Origin: Eledone cirrhosa
Lineage: Eukaryota
DNA length: 64,000 bases
Reading direction: 5' to 3'
Assembly (NCBI GenBank): GCA_964016885.1
Contig: OZ024765.1
Location: forward strand, 9,362,001-9,426,000
Below the pieces are notes generated by a model. It did not search any database. It was not told where the DNA came from and saw nothing but the letters and a program-made list of their open reading frames with translations. This document shows positions 40,981 to 54,908 of the stretch, one piece after another. A program made the position numbers and the translations under genes. Within the stretch, counting starts at the first letter, position 1, and the number at the start of each line of letters is the position of its first letter.

Positions 40981-43059
40981 GTCAGCATGTCTGGTAGTCT
41001 CTGTGCTGGTCAGTTTGTCTGAGTCTGTGTATTGGTCAGTCTCTGTCTGGTTAGTCTGTGTGTTGGTCAGTCGTTTTGTCAGTCTGTCTTCTAGCGCGTC
41101 CATCAGTCTATCTGCCTGTCAGTCAGTATGTGTGTTGGTCAGTTTACTAGTTGGTCAGTTTAGTAGTTGATGTGTCTGTCTGTTTCGCTGTCAGTCTGTA
41201 TCTGTTAGTGTTTTGGTCAGTATCTTACGTTGGTCAGTGAGTGTGTCTACCTGTCAGTCAGCCTGCCTGCTACTATGTGTATTGGTCACTCTGGGTAGCT
41301 GGCTGGTGTGATGTTGGTCAGTCAGTCTGTCCATCTATCTATCCGTCGGTGTATTCGTCTGTCAGTGAACTGGTCAGTTCTCTTGGTCACTTCATGTTGT
41401 TGACTGGTCAGTCAGTCATTGGTTTAGTGGTCGAGGTAGTGTTGGGTGTGGTGGTGGTTGTGGTGGTAGTGGTGGTAACAGTGGTGGTAGTTGTGGTGGT
41501 AGTGGTGGTAACAGTGGTGGTGTTGGTGATGGTGGTGTTGGTGATAGTGGTAGGTTGGATGTGGTGGTGGTTGTGGTGGTAGTGGTGGTAATAGTGGTGG
41601 TGTTGGTGATAGTGGTAGGTTGGGTGTGGTGGTGGTTGTGGTTGTAATGGTGGTGGTTGTGGTGGTAGTGGTGGTAACAGTGGTGGTGTTGGTGATAGTG
41701 GTAGGTGGGATGTGGTGGCGGTTGTGGTAGTAGTGGTGGTAATAGTGGTGGTGGTGGTGATAGTGGTAGGTGGGATGTGGTGGTGGTTGTGGCGGTAGTG
41801 GTGGTAACAGTGGTGGTTGTGGTAGGTGTGGTTGTAGTGGTAGTAGTTGAGGTAGCGGTGGTGGTGGTTGTGGTGGTGGTAGTAGTGGTGGTAGTTGTGG
41901 TGTTAGTTGTGATAGTAGTAGTGGCAGTAGTAGTGGTAGTAGTAGTGATAGTAGTAGTGGTAGTAGTAGTCGTGATGGTGGTAGTGGTGGTAATAGTGGT
42001 GGTAGTTGTGGTAGTAGTAGTGGTAGTAGTAGTGGTAGTAGTGGAGTCAATATACAAGCCGATACAAAATATCTGATAGTACTTTGGTCAGTGCTAGTAA
42101 CTCTGTTGTAGTTGGTATTGGTCAGTCAGTCTGTAAATACTTTGACCAGTGCTAGTAGCTGTTTTAGTTGGTGTTGGTCAGTCAGCAAGCCTGCCAGCCT
42201 GTCTGTCTATTGGCCAGCCAGCCTGTCAGTCTTTTACTTCACTTGGTCACTATGGCTGGCTACTTGGTCAGTCTGTTTGTCAGTTGGTCAGTCAGACTGT
42301 GTATTGCTCAGTTCATGTTGGCTGGTCAGCCAGTCACTCGTTTAGTCTCCTGGTGTATTTACTTGGTCACTCTCTCCAGCTACTCTGTCTGTGTGTCTGT
42401 TGGTCAGTGAGGTAGAGATAGTAGTATTGGTGGTAGTGGTGGTGGTAGTGGTATTAGTGGTGGTGGTAGTGGTGGTGGTAGTGGTGGTAGTAGTGGTGGT
42501 AGTAGTAGGGGGTGGTAGTAGCGGTGGTGGTGGTGGTAGGGGGTGGTAGTAGCGGTGGTGGTAATGGTGGTGGTAATGGTATTAGTAGTGGTATTAGTGG
42601 TGGTGGTGGTAGTGGTATTAGTAGTGGTATTAGTAGTGGTATTAGTGAGGGTAGTGGTGGTGGTAGTGTTGGTGGTAGTGGTGATAGAGGTAGTAGTGCT
42701 AGTAGTGGTGGTGGTAGATGTGGTAGTGGTAGTGGTGGTTGTGGTAGTAGTAGTGGTAGTAGTTGTGGTAGTGGTGGTGGTGATTGTGGTGGCAGTGGTG
42801 GTGGTAGTAGTTGAGGTAGCGGTGATGGTGGCTGTGGTGGTAGTTATGGTAGTGGTGGTTGTAGTGGTAGTGGTGGTAGTGGTAGTGGTGGTTGTGGTAG
42901 TGGTGGTAGTGGTAGTAGTGGTGGCGGTTGTGGTAGTAGTGGTAGTGGTAATAGTTGTGGTAGCGATGGTGGTGATTGTGGTGGTAGTAGTGGTAGTAGT
43001 GGAGTTAATATACAAGCCGATACAAAATATCTGATAGTACTTTGGTCAGTGCTAGTAAC

Positions 43060-46000
43060 CATGTTGCAGTTGGTATTGGTCAGTCTGTTTGTCTGTCAGT
43101 CGGTCAGTCTGTTCGTCTGTCCGTCCGAGTATTGGGCAGTCAGTCTGTCTGTCAGTCTGTGTACTGGTCAGTCTTTTACTTCACTTGGTCACTATGTCTG
43201 GCTGCCTGGTTGGTTGGTCAGTCTGTTTGTCTGTCCGTTTGAGTATTGGTCAGTCTGTCTGCCAGTCTGTGCAATGGTCAGTCTTATCTCACTTGGTCAC
43301 TATGGCTGGCTGTCATGTTGGTTGGTCAGTCTGTCCGCCTGTCTGTTCGTCTGTCCGTTTGAGTATTGGTCAGGCTGTCTGCCAGTCTGTGCACTGGTCA
43401 GTCTTATTTCACTTGGTCACTATGGCTGGCTGCCTGGTTGGTTGGTCAGTCTGTTCGTCTGTCCGTTTGAGTATTGGTCAGTCTGTCTGCCAGTCTGTGC
43501 AATGGTTAGTCTTACTTCGCTTGGTCACTATGGCTGGCTGCCTGGTTGGTTGGTCAGTCTGTTTGTCTGTTCGTCTGTCCGTTTGAGTATTGGTCAGTCT
43601 GTCTGCCAGTCTGTGCAATGGTTAGTCTTATTTCACTTGGTCACTATGGCTGGCTGCCTGGTTGGTTGGTCAGTCTGTTTGTCTGTTCGTCTGTCCGTTT
43701 GAGTATTGGTCAGTCTGTCTGCTAGTCTGTGCAATGGTTAGTCTTACTTCGCTTGGTCACTATGGCTGGCTGCCTGGTTGGTTGGTCAGTCTGTTTGTCT
43801 GTTCGTCTGTCCGTTTGAGTATTGGTCAGTCTGTCTGCCAGTCTGTGCAATGGTTAGTCTTATTTCACTTGGTCACTATGGCTGGCTGCCTGGTTGGTTG
43901 GTCAGTCTGTTTGTCTGTCTGTCCGTTTGAGTATTGGTCAGTCTGTCTGCCAGTCTGTGCAATGGTTAGTCTTATTTCACTTGGTCACTATGGCTGGCTG
44001 CCTGGTTGGTTGGTCAGTCTGTTTGTCTGTCTGTCCGTTTGAGTATTGGTCAGTCTGTCTGCCAGTCTGTGCAATGGTTAGTCTTATTTCACTTGGTCAC
44101 TATGGCTGGCTGCCTGGTTGGTTGGTCAGTCTGTTTGTCTGTCTGTCCGTTTGAGTATTGGTCAGTCTGTCTGCCAGTCTGTGCAATGGTTAGTCTTATT
44201 TCACTTGGTCACTATGGCTGGCTGCCTGGTTGGTTGGTCAGTCTGTTTGTCTGTCTGTCCGTTTGAGTATTGGTCAGTCTGTCTGCCAGTCTGTGCAATG
44301 GTCAGTCTTATTTCACTTGGTCACTATGGCTGGCTGCCTGGTTGGTTGGTCAGTCTGTTCGTCTGTCCGTTTGAGTATGGGTCAGTCTGTCTGCCAGTCT
44401 GTGCAATGGTCAGTCTTATTTCACTTGGTCACTATGGCTGGCTGCCTGGTTGGTTGGTCAGTCTGTCCGCCTGTCTGTTCGTCTGTCCGTTTGAGTATGG
44501 GTCAGTCTGTCTGCCAGTCTGTGCAATGGTCAGTCTTATTTCACTTGGTCACTATGGCTGGCTGCCTGGTTGGTTGGTCAGTCTGTTTCTGTTCGTCTGT
44601 CCGTTTGAGTATTGGTCAGTCTGTCTACCAGTCTGTGCAATGGTTAGTCTTATTTCACTTGGTCACTATGGCTGGCTGTCATGTTGGTTGGTCAGTCTGT
44701 TCGTCTGTCCGTTTGAGTATTGGTCAGTGTCTGCCAGTCTGTGCACTGGTCAGTCTTATTTCACTTGGTCACTATGGCTGGCTGCCTGGTTGGTCAGTCT
44801 GTCCACCTGTCTGTTCGTCTGTCCGTTTGAGTATTGGTCAGTCTGTCTGCCAGTCTGTGCACTGGTCAGTCTTATTTCACTTGGTCACTATGGCTGGCTG
44901 CCTGGTTGGTTGGTCAGTCTGTTTGTCTGTCTGTCCGTTTGAGTATTGGTCAGTCTGTCTGCCAGTCTGTGCAATGGTCAGTCTTATTTCACTTGGTCAC
45001 TATGGCTGGCTGCCTGGTTGGTTGGTCAGTCTGTTTCTGTTCGTCTGTCCGTTTGAGTATGGGTCAGTCTGTCTGCCAGTCTGTGCAATGGTCAGTCTTA
45101 TTTCACTTGGTCACTATGGCTGGCTGCCTGGTTGGTTGGTCAGTCTGTTTCTGTTCGTCTGTCCGTTTGAGTATTGGTCAGTCTGTCTACCAGTCTGTGC
45201 AATGGTTAGTCTTATTTCACTTGGTCACTATGGCTGGCTGTCATGTTGGTTGGTCAGTCTGTTCGTCTGTCCGTTTGAGTATTGGTCAGTGTCTGCCAGT
45301 CTGTGCACTGGTCAGTCTTATTTCACTTGGTCACTATGGCTGGCTGCCTGGTTGGTCAGTCTGTCCACCTGTCTGTTCGTCTGTCCGTTTGAGTATTGGT
45401 CAGTCTGTCTGCCAGTCTGTGCACTGGTCAGTCTTATTTCACTTGGTCACTATGGCTGGCTGCCTGGTTGGTTGGTCAGTCTGTCCGCCTGTCTGTTCGT
45501 CTGTCCGTTTGAGTATGGGTCAGTCTGTCTGCCAGTCTGTGCACTGGTCAGTCTTATTTCACTTGGTCACTATGGCTGGCTGCCTGGTTGGTTGGTCAGT
45601 CTGTCCGCCTGTCTGTTCGTCTGTCCGTTTGAGTATGGGTCAGTCTGTCTGCCAGTCTGTGCACTGGTCAGTCTTATTTCACTTGGTCACTATGGCTGGC
45701 TGCCTGGTTGGTTGGTCAGTCTGTCCGCCTGTCTGTTCGTCTGTCCGTTTGAGTATGGGTCAGTCTGTCTGCCAGTCTGTGCACTGGTCAGTCTTATTTC
45801 ACTTGGTCACTATGGCTGGCTGTCATGTTGGTTGGTCAGTCTGTCCACCTGTCTGTTCGTCTGTCCGTTTGAGTATTGGTCAGTCTGTCTGCCAGTCTGT
45901 GCAATGGTTAGTCTTATTTCACTTGGTCACTATGGCTGGCTGCCTGGTTGGTTGGTCAGTCTGTTTGTCTGTCTGTCCGTTTGAGTATTGGTCAGTCTGT

Positions 46001-46200
46001 CTGCCAGTCTGTGCACTGGTCAGTCTTATTTCACTTGGTCACTATGGCTGGCTGCCTGGTTGGTTGGTCAGTCTGTTTGTCTGTCTGTCCGTTTGAGTAT
46101 TGGTCAGTCTGTCTGCCAGTCTGTGCACTGGTCAGTCTTATTTCACTTGGTCACTATGGCTGGCTGTCATGTTGGTTGGTCAGTCTGTCCGCCTGTCTGT
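43060..46200. repeat. ~108-120-bp (typically 112) minisatellite, roughly 27 copies
   Basis: ORF starts recur at 43894, 44006, 44118 and 44230. Confidence 0.95.
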
Positions 46201-47149
46201 ATTGGCCAGTCAGTCTGTCAGTTAGTCTGTCTGTGAACTGGTCAGTTCTCTTGGTCACTTCATGTTGTTGGCTGGTCAGTCAGTCACTGGTTTAGTCTCT
46301 TGGTGTATTTACCTGGTTACTCTGTCCAGCTACTCTGTCTGTGTGTCTGTTGGTCAGTGAGGTAGAGATAGTGGTATTGGTGGTAGTGATTAGTGGTACT
46401 AGTTGTGGTAGTAGTAGTAGTGGTAGTAGTTGTGGTAGTAGTGGTTGTGATTGTGATAGTGGTAGTTGTGGTAGTAGTAGTTGTGGTGATTGTGGTGGTA
46501 GTTGTGATAGTGGTAGTGGCGGTTGTGGTGGTAGCTGTGGTAGTGGTGGTTGTGGTGGTAGCTGTGGTAGTAGTAGTGGTGGTAGTTGTGGTAGTAGTAG
46601 TGATTGTAGTGGTAGTGGTGGTGGTAGTGGTGGTAGTGGTGGTAGCGGTGGTTGTTGTGGTAGTGGTGGTTGGAGTTGTGGTAGTGGTATTAATGGTTGT
46701 GGTGGTAGTAGTGGTGGAGGTGGTGGTAGTAGTATTAGTGCTAATTCTTCTGGTAGCGGTCGTAGTGGTGATGATTGTGCTAGTGGTGGTAGTAGTAGTG
46801 GTAGTAGTTGTGGTAGTGGTGGTGATTGTGGTGGCAGTGGTGATTGTGGTGGCAGTAGTGGTAGTTGTGATGATAGTGGTATTAATGGTTGTGGTGGTGG
46901 TAGTAGTTGTAGTGGTTGTGATGATGGTTGGTGTGAGTTTATAGCGGCCGTGACGGCGGCGGTGGTGATAGAGAGATAGTTAGACAAAAGATTGAGAGAG
47001 AGAGAATTTCAAGAGGAGCAGGGTTGTACTGTAAGAGAGAGAGGAGGAGGGTTGTACTGTAAAAGAGAGAGGAGGAGGGGGGAATATATAAGGCGATACT
47101 AAAGGTCTGTTAGTACTTTGGTCAGTGCTAGTAACTATGTTGTAGTTGG

Positions 47150-48420
47150 TGTTGGTCAGTCCGTCTGCCCGTCTCTCTGCCAGTATGTGTATTGGTCAGT
47201 CTGTCTGGCCGCCTGTCTGTCTCTCAGTCTGTGTACTGGTCAGTTTATCTGTATATTGACCAGTCTGTCAGTATTTGTCAGTCAGTCTGTCTGTCTGTGT
47301 ATCAGTCAGTCTGTCAGTCTGTCTGTGCATTGGTCAGTCTGTCTGGCCGCCTGTCTGTCTCTCAGTCTGTGTACTGGTCAGTTTATCTGTATATTGACCA
47401 GTCTGTCAGTATTTGTCAGTCAGTCTGTCTGTCTGTGTATCAGTCAGTCTGTCAGTCTGTCTGTCTGTCTGTGCATTGGTCAGTCTGTCTGCCCGCCTCT
47501 CTGTCTCAGTCTGAGTACTGGTCAGTTTATCTGTATATTGACCAGTCTGTCAGTATTGGTCAGTCAGTCTGTCTGTGTATCAGTCAGTCTGTCTGTGCAT
47601 TGGTCAGTCTGTCTGCCCGCCTGTCTGTCTGTCTCTCAGTCTGTGTACTGGTCAGTTTATCTGTATATTGACCAGTCTGTCAGTATTGGTCAGTCAGTCT
47701 GTCTGTGTATCAGTCAGTCTGTCTGTGCATTGGTCAGTCTGTCTGCCCGCCTGTCTGTCTGTCTCTCAGTCTGTGTACTGGTCAGTTTATCTGTATATTG
47801 ACCAGTCTGTCAGTATTGGTCAGTCAGTCTGTCTGTATCAGCCAGTCTGTCTGTCTGTCTGTGCATTGGTCAGTCTGTCTGCCCGCCTCTGTCTCAGTCT
47901 GAGTACTGGTCAGTTTATCTGTATATTGACCAGTCTGTCAGTATTGGTCAGTCAGTCTGTCTGTGTATCAGTCAGTCTGTCAGTATGTGCATTGGTCAGT
48001 CTGTCTGCCCGCATGTCTGTCTCTCAGTCTGTGTACTGGTCAGTTTATCTGTATATTGACCAGTCTGTCAGTATTGGTCAGTCAGTCTGTCTGTGTATCA
48101 GTCAGTCTGTCAGTATGTGCATTGGTCAGTCTGTCTGCCCGCATGTCTGTCTGTCTGTCTCTCAGTCTGTGTACTGGTCAGTTTATCTGTATATTGACCA
48201 GTCTGTCAGTATTGGTCAGTCAGTCTGTCTGTGTATCAGCCAGTCTGTCTGTCTGTCTGTCTGTGCATTGGTCAGTCTGTCTGCCCGCCTGTCTGTCTGT
48301 GTACTGGTCAGTTTATCTGTATATTGACCAGTCTGTCTGTGTATCAGTCAGTCTGTCAGTCTGTCTGTCTGTGCATTGGTCAGTGTCTGCCCGCCTGTCT
48401 GTCTCAGTCTGCGCATTGGT
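47150..48420. repeat. ~130-bp minisatellite, roughly 9 copies
   Basis: Recurring CAGTTTATCTGTATATTGACCAG; ORF starts at 47575 and 47705. Confidence 0.92.
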
Positions 48421-48769
48421 CAGTCTGTCAGTGTGTGTAATGGTCAGTCTCTTAGTGTCGTTGGTACAGTTTGGTTGGTCATTCTGTCCGTCAGTTGGTC
48501 TGTCTGCCATGCTGGCGAGTTGGTCAGTTGGTCAGTGTGCCGGACTGTCTGTCTGTCAGCTAGTCTGTGTATTGGTCAGTCTGCCTGCCTGTCTACATGT
48601 CAGTCGGTGTATTGGTCAGTACCTTAGTATCACTAGTACATAGCTTGGCTGTATGATCAACTGGTCAGTACACGTGGCTGTATTTCTATCATTAGATCTG
48701 GCTGTGTTTGTTTTTCCGTTAGTCGCTGTACTGGTCAGTCAGTCCACTTGTCAGTCTATGTATTGGTCA

Positions 48770-51500
48770 GTCTGTCAGTCCGCCTGTGTGTCTGCCAGTC
48801 TGTGTACTGGTCAGTCAGTCCGCCTGTCTGTCTGTCAGTCTGTGTGTTGGTCAGTCAGTCAGTCCGCCTGTCAGTCAGTCTGTGTATTGGTCAGTCAGTC
48901 CGCCTGTCTGTCTGCCAGTCTGTGTATTGGTCAGTCAGTCCGCCTGTCTGTCAGTCAGTCTGTGTATTGGTCAGTCAGTCCGCCTGTCTGTCTGCCAGTC
49001 TGTGTATTGGTCAGTCAGTCCGCCTGTCTGTCAGTCAGTCTGTGTATTGGTCAGTCAGTCCGCCTGTCTGTCAGTCAGTCTGTGTATTGGTCAGTCAGTC
49101 CGCCTGTCTGTCTGCCAGTCTGTGTATTGGTCAGTCAGTCCGCCTGTCTGTCTGTCAGTCTATGTATTGGTCAGTCAGTCCGCCTGTCTGTCAGTCAGTC
49201 TGTGTATTGGTCAGTCAGTCCGCCTGTCTGTCTGCCAGTCTGTGTATTGGTCAGTCAGTCCGCCTGTCTGTCTGCCAGTCTGTGTATTGGTCAGTCAGTC
49301 CGCCTGTCTGTCTGTCAGTCTATGTATTGGTCAGTCAGTCCGCCTGTCTGTCAGTCAGTCTGTGTATTGGTCAGTCAGTCCGCCTGTCTGTCAGTCAGTC
49401 TGTGTATTGGTCAGTCAGTCCGCCTGTCTGTCTGCCAGTCTGTGTATTGGTCAGTCAGTCCGCCTGTCTGTCAGTCAGTCTGTGTATTGGTCAGTCAGTC
49501 CGCCTGTCTGTCAGTCAGTCTGTGTATTGGTCAGTCAGTCCGCCTGTCTGTCTGCCAGTCTGTGTATTGGTCAGTCAGTCCGCCTGTCTGTCAGTCAGTC
49601 TGTGTATTGGTCAGTCAGTCCGCCTGTCTGTCAGTCAGTCTGTGTATTGGTCAGTCAGTCCGCCTGTCTGTCAGTCAGTCTGTGTATTGGTCAGTCAGTC
49701 CGCCTGTCTGTCTGCCAGTCTGTGTATTGGTCAGTCAGTCCGCCTGTCTGTCAGTCAGTCTGTGTATTGGTCAGTCAGTCCGCCTGTCTGTCAGTCAGTC
49801 TGTGTATTGGTCAGTCAGTCCGCCTGTCTGTCAGTCAGTCTGTGTATTGGTCAGTCAGTCCGCCTGTCTGTCAGTCAGTCTGTGTATTGGTCAGTCAGTC
49901 CGCCTGTCTGTCAGTCAGTCTGTGTATTGGTCAGTCAGTCCGCCTGTCTGTCTGCCAGTCTGTGTATTGGTCAGTCAGTCCGCCTGTCTGTCAGTCAGTC
50001 TATGTATTGGTCAGTCAGTCCGCCTGTCTGTCTGCCAGTCTGTGTATTGGTCAGTCAGTCCGCCTGTCTGTCATCAGTCTATGTATTGGTCAGTCAGTCT
50101 ATGTATTGGTCAGTCAGTCCGCCTGTCTGTCTACCAGTCTGTGTATTGATCAGTCAGTCCGCCTGTCTGTCAGTCAGTCTATGTATTGGTCAGTCAGTCC
50201 GCCTGTCTGTCTGCCAGTCTGTGTATTGGTCAGTCAGTCCGCCTGTCTGTCAGTCAGTCTATGTATTGGTCAGTCAGTCCGCCTGTCTGTCTGCCAGTCT
50301 GTGTATTGGTCAGTCAGTCTGTGTATTGGTCAGTCAGTCCGCCTGTCTGTCAGTCAGTCTGTGTATTGGTCAGTCAGTCCGCCTGTCTGTCTGCCAGTCT
50401 GTGTATTGGTCAGTCAGTCCGCCTGTCTGTCTGCCAGTCTATGTATTGGTCAGTCAGTCCGCCTGTCTGTCTGCCAGTCTGTGTATTGGTCAGTCAGTCT
50501 GTGTATTGGTCAGTCAGTCCGCCTGTCTGTCAGTCAGTCTGTGTATTGGTCAGTCAGTCCGCCTGTCTGTCAGTCAGTCTGTGTATTGGTCAGTCAGTCC
50601 GCCTGTCTGTCTGCCAGTCTGTGTATTGGTCAGTCAGTCCGCCTGTCTGTCAGTCAGTCTGTGTATTGGTCAGTCAGTCCGCCTGTCTGTCTGCCAGTCT
50701 GTGTATTGGTCAGTCAGTCCGCCTGTCTGTCAGTCAGTCTGTGTATTGGTCAGTCAGTCCGCCTGTCTGTCTGCCAGTCTGTGTATTGGTCAGTCAGTCC
50801 GCCTGTCTGTCAGTCAGTCTGTGTATTGGTCAGTCAGTCCGCCTGTCTGTCAGTCAGTCTGTGTATTGGTCAGTCAGTCCGCCTGTCTGTCAGTCAGTCT
50901 GTGTATTGGTCAGTCAGTCCGCCTGTCTGTCTGCCAGTCTGTGTATTGGTCAGTCAGTCCGCCTGTCTGTCAGTCAGTCTGTGTATTGGTCAGTCAGTCC
51001 GCCTGTCTGTCTGCCAGTCTGTGTATTGGTCAGTCAGTCCGCCTGTCTGTCAGTCAGTCTGTGTATTGGTCAGTCAGTCCGCCTGTCTGTCAGTCAGTCT
51101 GTGTATTGGTCAGTCAGTCCGCCTGTCTGTCAGTCAGTCTGTGTATTGGTCAGTCAGTCCGCCTGTCTGTCAGTCAGTCTGTGTATTGGTCAGTCAGTCC
51201 GCCTGTCTGTCTGCCAGTCTGTGTATTGGTCAGTCAGTCCGCCTGTCTGTCAGTCAGTCTATGTATTGGTCAGTCTGTCAGTCCGCCTGTCTGTCTGCCA
51301 GTCTGTGTATTGGTCAGTCAGTCCGCCTGTCTGTCTGCCAGTCTGTGTATTGGTCAGTCAGTCCGCCTGTCTGTCTGTCAGTCTGTGTATTGGTCAGTCT
51401 ATCAGTCTGCCTGTCTGTCAGTCAGTCTGTGTATTGGTCAGTCTATCAGTCTGCCTGCCTGTCTGTCAGTCTGTGTATTGGTCAGTCTATCAGTCTGCCT
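48770..51500. repeat. 40-bp minisatellite, more than 60 copies, two main variants
   Basis: Unit TGTGTATTGGTCAGTCAGTCCGCCTGTCTG + TCAGTCAGTC or TCTGCCAGTC. Confidence 0.97.
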
Positions 51501-52207
51501 GCCTGTCTGTCAGTCGGTGTAGTGGTCAGTCTCTTAGTGTCATTGGTACACGGTGTGGTTAGTCATTCTGTCCGTCAGTTGGTCTGTCTGCCATGATGGC
51601 CAGTTGGTCAGTTGGTCAGTGTGTCGGACTGTCTGTCTTTCACGTGGCTGTATTTTTATCACTAGATCTGACTGTGTTTGTGTGTCCGTCAGTTGGTGAA
51701 CTGGTCAGTCCGCCTGTCTGTCCGTCAGTCTGTGTACTGGTCAGTCAGTCCGCCTGTCTGTCAGTCTGTGTATTGGTCAGTCAGTCCGCCTGTCTGTCAG
51801 TCTGTGTATTGGTCAGTCAGTCCGCCTGTCAGTCAGTCTGTGTATTGGTCAGTCAGTCCGCCTGTCTGTCAGTCTGTGTATTGGTCAGTCAGTCCGCCTG
51901 TCAGTCAGTCTGTGTATTGGTCAGTCAGTCCGCCTGTCAGTCAGTCTGTGTATTGGTCAGTCAGTCCGCCTGTCTGTCTGTCAGTCTGTGTACTGGTCAG
52001 TCAGTAGCTTTTACTTGGTGGTCACTCTTTCGTTACTTCACTACGTGTGTGTGTTCGGTTGTGTATGTATCTGTGTGTCTGAGTGTGTGTCCGTGTGTCT
52101 CTGTGTGTTTGTGTATCTCTGTGTTTGTGTGTGTTTCTCTGTGTGTGTGTGTCTTTCTGTGTGTGTGTCTTTCAGTCTGTGTATCTGTATGTATGTGCCT
52201 ATGTTTA

Positions 52208-52241
<34 letters not shown>

Positions 52242-52563
52242 TATTTGTCTGAGTGTGTTTTTCTGTGTGTGTGTGTGTGTGTGATAGTAGAGGTGGTGAT
52301 TGCTGTGGTGGTAGTTATTGTGATGATGGTGGTGTTGGTGGTGGTGGTAGTAGTGGTGGTGGTAGAGGTGGTGGTGTTGGTGGTGGTAGAGGCGGTGGTG
52401 GTGTTGGTGGTGGTGGTGGTGTTGGTGGTGGTGGTGGTAGTAGTGGTGGTGGTAGAGGTGGTGGTGGTTATTGTGATGGTGGTGGTAGTATTTAGTCATG
52501 GTGGTTGATAATTATTGTGGTGGAGAAGATATTGGATGGTGATTGGCTGTGAGTGTATTGGGG

Positions 52564-52619
<56 letters not shown>

Positions 52620-52957
52620 GGTGGTGGTGGTAGTGGTAGTAGAAGTAGTAGTGGTGGTAGTGGTAGTAGTGGTGGTAGTAGTGGTGATAGTAGTAGTAGT
52701 GGTGGTGATAGTAGTAGTAGTGATGGTGGTAGTGGTAGTAGTGGTGATAGTAGTAGTAGTGGTGGTGATAGTAGTAGTGGTGGTGCTAGTAGTAGATCGT
52801 CCGTCAGATAAAGGACGAACGACCCAGACGTATATTATTTTCGTCTGTGATCCAGAAACCTTTGGTAATGGAGTAGTTATATTTTGTGTTGTTCACTTCT
52901 AATTAAATAGCTCTGCTCTATACATAGAGCACTCTTTTTTCCTTTGGAATTACCTAA

Positions 52958-53094
<137 letters not shown>

Positions 53095-53631
53095 ATATGT
53101 GTATATGTTTATATATATATATATATATATATCCATCCAAGATGAATGCCAGGTCGTAAATACGTGATTGTGTCTCTTGTTTTATTTGTTATTTTTATTA
53201 TTTTTATTCTTTCCTTAAACATCATTTCCCTTTCGATGTTTCCCTTCCATTTCATTTCTTCCCGATAAAAGATTAGCGCCCGAAACGTTAAAGACATTTA
53301 TATTCTTTCCTTTTCAGCATTAAACTAATACGGATGTTATTGAATTATATTGCTTAACGCTGTTTCCTGAATTTAATTACGAACTGACAAACCAACCGAC
53401 ACAATACAATGACTAAATATATTAGTTTTACGCTTGATATTGTCTTAACGGTAGATATAGTCTGATCGTTTCGGACACTAGTCGTTCATCAGAAGATAGC
53501 ATGAGAAATATAAGAGGAAATAGAAAGTTAGAGAAGAATGAGAAGGAACTGACAAACCGTTTTTGAGAAAAGCACGTTTGATTTCATTCAGCAATTTTGG
53601 AAAAGAAATATATATATATATATATATACAG

Positions 53632-53671
<40 letters not shown>

Positions 53672-53685
53672 GCGTGTGCGCGCGC

Positions 53686-53770
<85 letters not shown>

Positions 53771-53927
53771 ATGCCAACACAAGAACAAGAATTATGGAGT
53801 CATTCTGCTGCTGTGGCTTTCAAAAGGCTGTTTGCATAATTGCAAATAAATCGAATATTATTATTAATATTCGAAAAACTCAGATTACATTTATTGTATT
53901 CAGCCATGTAGAGCGATAAAATATTTG

Positions 53928-53970
<43 letters not shown>

Positions 53971-53979
<9 letters not shown>

Positions 53980-54385
53980 TTCAAAATATTAACAAAGTAG
54001 ATATTCTTGTGATCAAGTATATTTTATTATACATATTTCAGAGGTACTGAGTTAACTTCAACAGTACGTCCTCATCAGATAAAATAAGATGATGCATGAC
54101 ATACCCTGACATAGTAGATGGTTAAGATTCAGTCATGGTAGTGAATCTTAACCATCTACTATGTCAGGGTATGTCATGCATCATCTTATTTCATCTGATG
54201 AGGACGTACTGTTGAAGTTAACTCAGTACCTCCGAAATGTGTATAAAAATATATACTTGATCACAAGAATATCTACTTTGTTAATATTTTGAATTAATAT
54301 TAATAACTCTGGAAAACCATTCCAGTTGAGTGCTTCCAAACTATTGTAAAACTCATTCTTTGATTTATTCATTGAACCTTGTTTA

Positions 54386-54392
<7 letters not shown>
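53971..54392 (+). mobile_element. Second Penelope-like end with an inverted copy (~160-bp arms, 10-nt loop), in (TA)n
   Basis: Arms 53971-54131 and 54142-54302 are near-perfect reverse complements; hammerhead in each arm. Confidence 0.75.
54020..54086 (-). ncRNA. Type I hammerhead ribozyme motif (plus-strand mirror ~54187-54251 has a damaged stem I)
   Basis: Minus strand: TATTTTAT-CTGATGA-GGACGTACTG..CAGTACCTCT-GAAA-TATGTA-T-A-ATAAAATA. Confidence 0.75.
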
Positions 54393-54438
<46 letters not shown>

Positions 54439-54473
54439 TTGAAAATTGCAAACTCGACTGTCACCACATATCA

Positions 54474-54512
54474 TGAACCTGAAGATTGCGAAAGCATGAA
54501 AGTACTTGTTCA
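54474..54512 (+). ncRNA. Minimal type I hammerhead motif of a further family
   Basis: TGAAC-CTGAAGA-T-TGC(GAAA)GCA-T-GAAA-GTAC-T-T-GTTCA: 5-bp stem I and palindromic GTAC stem III; U.U at the base of stem II is atypical. Confidence 0.65.
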
Positions 54513-54676
54513 ATTAACACTTAGAATTTAATATTCTATCATACTATTTCATTATAATACCATTATATATATTTTAAAGGATTGTAAATAAAACGAGTAA
54601 ATCAGACAAAGTTGGAATTCCTCTTATTAATATAATCTTCTATACACAATCATACACACCCGTGTATATTTACCTA

Positions 54677-54715
<39 letters not shown>

Positions 54716-54908
54716 GCACACTTCTATTTCTATATACGAAACGGTTTTTTTCCCATTTTAAGTAGACGCGCTCCATCATCCATTTTTCTAGAAAAGTAAA
54801 TCACAGACAAAACGCCAGCATCAACAGTTTTCCAAGAGATGTCAACATAAGTGGACCTATTATTTTTCTCTAAAAACATTTTTTTTTCGATTCTGCCCTG
54901 CCCGTCTA

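Noticed and set aside
43060-51500. CRISPR-like regular repeats
   Set aside because: No unique spacers, no cas genes, eukaryotic context
48653-51596. ORFs of 458-936 aa
   Set aside because: Open in all three frames because the 40-bp repeat lacks stops; no domain content
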